Assembly (NCBI GenBank): GCA_013265495.1 | Contig: PNXW01002946.1 | Span: 62,001 to 102,774, forward strand | Direction: 5' to 3' | From: Vicugna vicugna | Lineage: Eukaryota | DNA length: 40,774 nucleotides | Shown: one piece after another, positions 34,489-40,774 of the stretch | Position numbering within the stretch: the first letter of the stretch is position 1 | Layout: each line of letters opens with the position of its first letter | Program-made: the position numbers and the translations under genes | The notes under the pieces: generated by a model | What the model was told of the DNA's origin: nothing | Database searches by the model: none | What the model saw: the letters and a program-made list of their open reading frames with translations, nothing else

Positions 34489-36981
34489 TACCTTCCTGAA
34501 TCTGGCTGTAATTGTCCTCTCTCTGAATTTGTAAATCATTAAATGCATTTTATTTTGTTGAAAATAAAAACTAAGTATAGTTGAAATTTTAAATTAAAAG
34601 AAAAAAACTAGGAATAGACTTAACATATGACCCAGGATTCCTGCTCCTGGGCATATATCCAGAAGGAACCCTACTTCAGGATGACACCTGAACCACAGTG
34701 TTCATACCAGCATTATTTACAATAGCCAAGACATGGAAACAGCCTAAATGTCCATCAACAGATGACTGGATAAAGAAGAGGTGGTATATTTATGGAATAC
34801 TACTCAGCCATAAAAACCAACAACATAACACCATTTGCAGCAACATGGATGCTCCTGGAGAATGTCATTCTAAGTGAAGTAAGCCACAAAGAGAAAGAAA
34901 AATACCATATGAGATCGCTCATATGTGGAATCTAAAAACAAACAAACAAACAAATAAACAAAGCATTAATACAAAAGAGAAATAGACTCACAGACATAGA
35001 ATAAAACTTGTGGTTGCCAAGGGGGCAGGGTGTGGGAAAGAATAGACTGGGATTTCAAAATTGTAGAATAGATAAACAAGATTATACTATATAGCACAGG
35101 GAAATATATACAAGATCTTATGGTAGCTCACAGAGAAAAAATTGTGACAATTAATTTATATATGTTCATGTGTAACTGAAAAATTGTGCTGTACACTGGA
35201 ATTTGACACAACACTGTAAAATGATTATAAACCAATAAAAAATGTTAAAAAAAAAGAGATGCCTCAAGATGGTGGAATAGGACACTTGTAGCTCACCCTC
35301 TCCCACAAACACACCAAGACTCACATCTACAGACCCACTTAGCCAACCAGAGCACCTGCAGAACTCTGACAGAACATCGTCCTCTTCAAAAGATAGAGAC
35401 GCCAAAAATCTGGTAGGAGAAAAGGAAAAAAAGAAAGAACAAAAGGCAAAGCAGAATGGGATGGGTCCCTCGTGGAGAGAGCGGCAAAGGAGGACTGGCG
35501 CTCACTCGCTGGGTCTCCCCTCTCCAACTGAGAGGCCAGTGGGACAGAAGGGGGGCCTCCAAGGATTGGATCTGTAAAGAGCAGCACTTGACTGACAGAA
35601 CTAAGTTAAACAGGCATAGAGGGTTGCCGCGACACCCAGCCCAAGATGTGGGCCAGCAGCTGGGGGCTGAGCCAGGCTGCCTGAGCTGAGCAGAGGAAGG
35701 GGATGCCTGCAGTGAAGCAGCCCGGGGGGACTGCAGGGAGCTGTGTGACGACTGTGGTTGCACAGGGCAGAATAACCTGGGCCGTCCATAAAACAACGTG
35801 GCTGATGTGCCCTGGGGGAAAGGGTGCATACCCCCATCTCTGAAAATTCGCAGAAAGTTTTCCAGTGAAGAGAGGTGGGGCTCAGGCACAGCCACCATAT
35901 CCTCCAGCACTTAAATCCAGGAGGGGTAGGGGGCAAATCCTGCATCCACAAAAGGACTTAACAGCCTCAAAGGCCAGATGGAGAATTGTCTACAGCCCGA
36001 GGCAAATACGATCCTTCCATCCTGGTACCTCAGGGAAATTGCTCCACAAAGACAAACAAGGAGCTGGGATTTGGCCTGAAGCAGGGACAAGACTATTTCT
36101 CGGTCTTCCCTGAGCCCGCATGTGGAGCGCCAACCTGAGGTGGAGCATGCAGTGGCACAGAGTAGCGAAGCGACCGGTGCTGGGAGAGGACTATTGCCCC
36201 TCCCACCATTCTGGCAGGAACGCAGCCTCTGACCATGGGGCTGGGAGGGGGCATGACCCGCCCTCCTTCCTGGCCAGTCTGCAACATCTGACTGCCATCG
36301 GGAGGGGCAGTGATCTGCCCGCCACAGCAAAGGAGAGCTGCACCTGACCCAGTGTTGGGAGGGGGCACAACCTACTTGCTGACAGGCACTGGGAGCAGCA
36401 GAGATGAGGGCGCCAATGGAGGGCCTCTAGAAACAGCAAGCTAAGTTTCCAAAACAAGATGAAGACAAAAGACTTTGCATAAAATGCACACTGTCTCCAG
36501 GAGAACAACGACCCCTCCCAATTTTTTTTTTTTAAATCTGCTTTTACCTGTTCTATTTCCTATTACCCTTTTAATTCTTTTCTTCATAAACAATTATTTA
36601 TACCCCCAGTTTTAATCCCTTTTACATTTTCAAAGATATTTTTATTATTATTATATATAAATATTCACATCATTTTTATTTCTCTTGGTTTGGATGTCCT
36701 GTTATTAATTATACAAAGGTTTCAAATACATATTTTCCTCTTTTCTCCTTTTTTAAATGTTTTTAAACAATGTCTCAACCATATTGCTATTCTGCTTCAA
36801 ATTGCTGTTCTATTATTCATTATAAACTGTTTACAAACCTTCTTTTCACCCTTCTTTTAAAATTCTTTCTCTCTCTCTCTTTTTTCCCCTAAGTTTATTC
36901 CTACATAAGCATTAGATAGATAAACTTCTTAAACACCAGAATAGATAACTGATACTTCATAAACCACAGTGCCAGATAGGT

Positions 36982-37901
36982 ATGAACAAGATGAAGAAGC
37001 AGAGAAACCATTCCCAATTAAAAGAACAAGAGAAATCCCCTGAAAGAAAGATCAATGAAATAGACATAAATAGCCTACTAGATCAAGATTTCAAAAAAGG
37101 AGTGATCAAAGTACTGAAGGAACTAAAAGAGATAGTGTTTATAGATATAAAATATGTCAAAAATCAAATGGAAGCTATAAAGAAGAGCCAAGCAGAATGG
37201 GTAAATTCATTGGCTGAGATGAGAATGGATCTAAAGGCTGTGCAAAGCAGACTAGATAATGCAGAGGTACGATTTAGAAACCTAGAAGACAGGACAATAG
37301 AAAGCACCCAATCAGAAAAGCTACAAGAGAAACAAATAAAAATAAATGAAAATAGCATAAGGGACCTATGGGATAATATGAAGTGTGCTAATCTTCACAT
37401 AATAGGGGTGCCAGAAGTGGAAGAAAGATCAAAGGGGATTGAAAAGGTTTTTGAAGAAATCATGACAAAAAACTTCCAAAAGTTAAATAAGGAATCAGAT
37501 ATCCAAGTACAGGAAGCTCAGAGGGTCCCAAAAAGGAAGAACACAAATAGACCCACACCAATACATATCATAATCAAGATCGCCAGAGTCAAGGATAAAG
37601 AAATAATTCTAAAGGCAGCAAGAGAAAAACAAAGAGTAAGTTACAAAGGAACCACCATAAGGCTCTCAGCTGATTTCTCTACAAAAACACTACAGGCCAG
37701 AAGGATGTGGAAAGATATATTCAAAGTCCTGAATGAAAAAAAAAGATGCAGCCAAGGATAATTTATCCAGCAAAGCTATCCTTTAGAATAGAAGGAGACA
37801 TGCAGAATTTCACAGACAAGAAAAATCTAGAAGAGTTTAGCAACACTGAACCCATGCTAAAAGAAATATTGAAAGGTCTACTTGAAATAGAAAACAAGTA
37901 G
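36982..37901 (+). pseudogene. ORF1: L1 ORF1 of F; 259 codons open, frameshift at the A-run near 37736-37744
   Basis: Coiled-coil and RRM motifs (NLHIIGVPE, HIIIK, YKGTTIRLSADFS); the C-terminal MQPRIIYPAKLSF...LKEILKGLL continues in another frame to TAG at 37899-37901. Confidence 0.93.
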
Positions 37902-38287
37902 GATGCTACAGAAATGAGAAACTCAAAACTGGAAAGGTGATAACTCATGAATTACAAATAAAATAAACATGAAATTAAAAAGAAGACATATAAATCAATG
38001 AGAGTGGGAAAGGGAGGCAAGAAATATAGAATTGTTTTTCTTCCTTTTTTAAAATTTTTGTTCTCAGTAGGATGGGTTTGAGATCATGTTACTATTAGTT
38101 CAATAAAAACAGTTATAGTAATGGGCTAATAGATTTACAAAAAATGGGAATCACAAGCCAAAAACTTACAAGGGAGTAAAAAAAACTAAATAAAATCCAT
38201 GAAATACAAAGGAAATTTAGCAAACCACAAAAGGAAAAAGAAAGATACAAAGAGGAAATATCAAATCAACTGCAAACATAAGTTCAA

Positions 38288-39215
38288 AATTCCAATAAAC
38301 ACACATCGATCATTAATTACTGTAAATGTTAAAGGATGAAACGCTCCAGTCAAAAGACATAGAGTGGCAGACTGGATAATAAAGCAAGAACCTTCAATAT
38401 GCTACATACAGGAGATCCGCGTTAGGGAGAAGGACACATCTAGATTGAGAGTGAAAGGATGGAAAAGGATATTCCATGCAAATGGAAAAGCCAAAAAACA
38501 AGGTGTAGCAGTACTGATTTCAGACAAAATAGACTTTAAAACAAAGGCCATAAAGAAAGATAAAGAAGGACATTTTATAATGATTAAAGGAGTGATACAA
38601 AATGAGGATATTACACTGGTTAACATATATGAACTCAATATAGGAATATCTAAGTAAAAAAAACCAATTACTAACCAATTACTAGATAAAGGGGATATTG
38701 ATGGGAATACAATCATAGTTGGAGATTTTAACAGTGCATTAACAACACTAGACAGATCTTCCAGACAGAAAATAAATAAAGCAAGAGAGAAATAAAATAA
38801 TGCAATTGAATAATTAGATTTGGTGGATATTTTGAGCATTACACCCCCCAAAAATATGATATACATTCTTTTCAAGTGCACATGGAACATTTTCCAGGAT
38901 TGATCATGTACTTGGGCACAAAAGAAACCTCAACAATTTTAAGAAGATAGAAATTATCTCAAGCATCTTTACTGACCACAATGCCATGAAACTGGAAATC
39001 AACAACAGAGAAACAAAGGAGAATAAAAGGAAAGCATGGAAATTAAACAATATGTTATTGAACAAACAATGGGTCAATGAGGAAATCAAAGCTGAAATTA
39101 AAAAATACCTTGAAACAAATGACAAGGAAAGCACAACCACACAAAATCTATGGGACACAACAAAGGCAGTGATAAGAGGGAAGTGATACAGGCCTTTCAG
39201 AAAAAAAGAAGAACA
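38288..39215 (+). pseudogene. ORF2: L1 ORF2 endonuclease domain of F, disrupted
   Basis: No ATG at the expected start; internal stops; 11-bp tandem duplication at 38662-38683. Confidence 0.9.
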
Positions 39216-39227
39216 GGAGAGTCGGAG

Positions 39228-39237
39228 AAGATGGCGG
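39228..39237 (+). promoter_or_regulatory. YY1-type motif AAGATGGCGG of the L1 internal promoter
   Basis: Consensus YY1 core near the L1 start; decayed in F (aagatggtgg, 35266), B (aagatggcag) and A (aggatggtgg). Confidence 0.8.
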
Positions 39238-39303
39238 AGTAGGAGGACACTCGTAAGTCACTCTCTCCCACAAATACACCAAGACCCACATCTACAGACC
39301 CAT

Positions 39304-40515
39304 TCAGCCAACCAGAGCACCTGCAGAACTCCGACAGAACATCACCCTCTTCAAAAGATTAAGATGCCAAAAACCTGGTAGGAGAAAAGGAAAAAAAGAG
39401 AACAAAAGGCAAAGCAGCACAGGACAGGTCCTGCGGGGAGGGAGCGGCAAAGGAGGACTGTCACTTGCTCGCTGGGTCTCCCCTCTCCCACTGTGAGGCC
39501 AGAGGGACAGAGGGGGAGCCTTCAAGGCTCGGATCTGTACAGAGCAGCCCTTGTCTGACACAACTAAATTAAACGGGCACAGAGCGTCCCACCGACACCC
39601 AGCCTGAGACGCGAGTCGGCAGAGGTGAGCAGGGAAAGGCTGCACAAGCAGGGCGGAGGACGGGGGCGGCTGCACGGAAGCAGCCCTACGGGACTGCAAG
39701 GGGTTGGGCGCCGTGTCTGTGGGTGCACAGGGCAGAACAACCTGGGCCCTCCATAAAACAGCAAGGTTGATGTGCTCTCGGGGGGAAGGGTGCATACCCC
39801 CATCACTGAAAACCCGCAGAAAATTTTCAGGGGAAGACAGGTAGGGCCCAGGCACACCAGCCATATCCTCCAGCACTGAGCACCCATGCGGGGGTGGAGG
39901 CGAAACCTGAATCCACACCGCAGGGCTTAGCCGCCTCAAAGGCCAGACTGAGATGGGCCTACAGCCCGGGGCAGATAGGATCCTTCCATCCTGGTCCCTC
40001 AGAGAACTTGCTCCACAAAGACAAACAAGGAGCTGGGTTTTGGCTCTGAGCAGGGACAAGGCTGTCCCTCCATCTTCCCTGAGCCCAACTGCGGAGCGCC
40101 GACCAGGGCTGAGCGCCGACGAGGGTGAGCAGCTCCAACCAGGGCGCGCAGCCGCACAGAGAAGCGGAGCTACCGGAGGCGCAGGTAGAGGGAGAGCGCC
40201 CCCTGCCTTTGGGGCAGGAACACAACCCCTGACTGAGGTGCTGGGAGGGGGCACCACCCGCTCTCCTAACTGGCCAGTCTGCAACATCTGACTGCTGCAT
40301 CCAGAGGGGCAGTGAACTGCCTGCCCACAACAGAGGAGAGCTGCACCTGACCCCGTGTTAGGGGGAGGCACGATCTGCTTGCCTACAGGTGCTGGGAGCA
40401 GCACAGAAGAGGGCGCCAACGGAGGGCCTCTGAAAACAAGCTGAGCTTCCAAAACAGGACGAAGACAGAAAGACTTCACATTAAAAGCACACAGACTCCA
40501 GGAGAACACCGACAA
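39304..40515 (-). CDS. Putative long antisense ORF in the L1 5' UTR (403 codons from TTG; 327 aa from ATG at 40287); function unknown
   Basis: Longest open frame in the window; homologous peptide pieces in the F 5' UTR are split by frameshifts. No evidence of translation. Confidence 0.3.
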   Translation of the reverse strand: MSVFSWSLCAFNVKSFCLRPVLEAQLVFRGPPLAPSSVLLPAPVGKQIVPPPNTGSGAALLCCGQAVHCPSGCSSQMLQTGQLGERVVPPPSTSVRGCVPAPKAGGALPLPAPPVAPLLCAAARPGWSCSPSSALSPGRRSAVGLREDGGTALSLLRAKTQLLVCLCGASSLRDQDGRILSAPGCRPISVWPLRRLSPAVWIQVSPPPPHGCSVLEDMAGVPGPYLSSPENFLRVFSDGGMHPSPREHINLAVLWRAQVVLPCAPTDTAPNPLQSRRAASVQPPPSSALLVQPFPAHLCRLASQAGCRWDALCPFNLVVSDKGCSVQIRALKAPPLSLWPHSGRGETQRASDSPPLPLPPRRTCPVLLCLLFSFFPFLLPGFWHLNLLKRVMFCRSSAGALVG

Positions 40516-40774
40516 CCCCCCCTTTTTTTTTTTAAACCGGTTTTTACCTGTTCTATTTTCTATTACTCTCTTAATTTTTACTACTTAATTCATTTCTATT
40601 TCTCTTGAGATTTGATGTTCTGTTATTGATTAGACACAGGTTTCAAACACATCTATTCATCTCCCCCTCACTTTTTTTTAAGGTCTTAAAAGGACGTCTC
40701 AAACCGATTAATACTCTGCTTCAACTCATTCTTCTATTATTCATTATACACTGTTTTCAAACCCTCTTACTCCC

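Larger units (their letters stand above)
33171..35255 (+). mobile_element. 5'-truncated L1 element E, interrupted at 33647-34606
   Basis: ORF2 C-terminus ([20 protein letters not shown]) nearly collinear with C; resumes at 34607; 3' UTR, aataaa and A-tail at 35247-35255. Confidence 0.95.
35256..39215 (+). mobile_element. L1 element F (5' UTR, ORF1, spacer, ORF2 endonuclease), directly after the poly(A) of E and interrupted by G
   Basis: Starts gagatgcctcaagatggtgg; ~1.7-kb 5' UTR; ORF1; endonuclease fragments [38 protein letters not shown]. Confidence 0.95.
39216..40774 (+). mobile_element. L1 element G 5' UTR (youngest, CpG-rich), runs off the window
   Basis: Starts ggagagtcggagaagatggcgg after the A-rich target aaaaaaagaagaaca in F ORF2; collinear with the F 5' UTR but keeps CpG where F has TG/CA. 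Confidence 0.95.

Noticed and set aside
1..40774. Prokaryotic-type systems (CRISPR array, operon, retron, defence island)
   Set aside because: The sequence is mammalian repeat-rich DNA with no regularly spaced repeats or gene-dense coding; RT and endonuclease signals are all L1.

Overview
Mammalian, AT-rich genomic DNA with no recognisable host gene. Roughly two-thirds is LINE-1 (L1), and the rest is ancient L2, MIR, MER20, Tigger and ERV/ERVL LTR remnants plus unique spacer. The L1 3' UTRs resemble camelid (alpaca/camel) L1 from memory, and no Alu, Bov-A/BovB, PRE-1 or B1/B2 SINEs are seen; the species call is an inference. Two nested L1 stacks dominate. (1) 4442-22459: a MER34-like solo LTR is split by a 17.3-kb block bounded by a 20-bp target-site duplication (TSD). 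The block holds a twin-primed L1 remnant (D) and a full-length minus-strand L1 (A), and A is interrupted by a 2.1-kb mosaic of older L1 pieces, a second full-length L1 (B) and an opposite-strand truncated L1 (C). (2) 33171-end: three plus-strand L1s (E, F, G) are inserted into one another, and E also carries a ~960-bp polyadenylated, TSD-flanked cassette of ancient L1MC + Tigger + unique DNA. No L1 ORF1 or ORF2 visible in the window is intact. The strongest novelty candidate is a 403-codon stop-free antisense frame (327 aa from the first ATG) spanning the CpG-rich 5' UTR of the youngest L1 (G), with frameshifted homologous pieces in the older copies, suggesting a long ORF0-like antisense ORF. 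Subfamily names are from recall, not a database search, and most boundaries are approximate.
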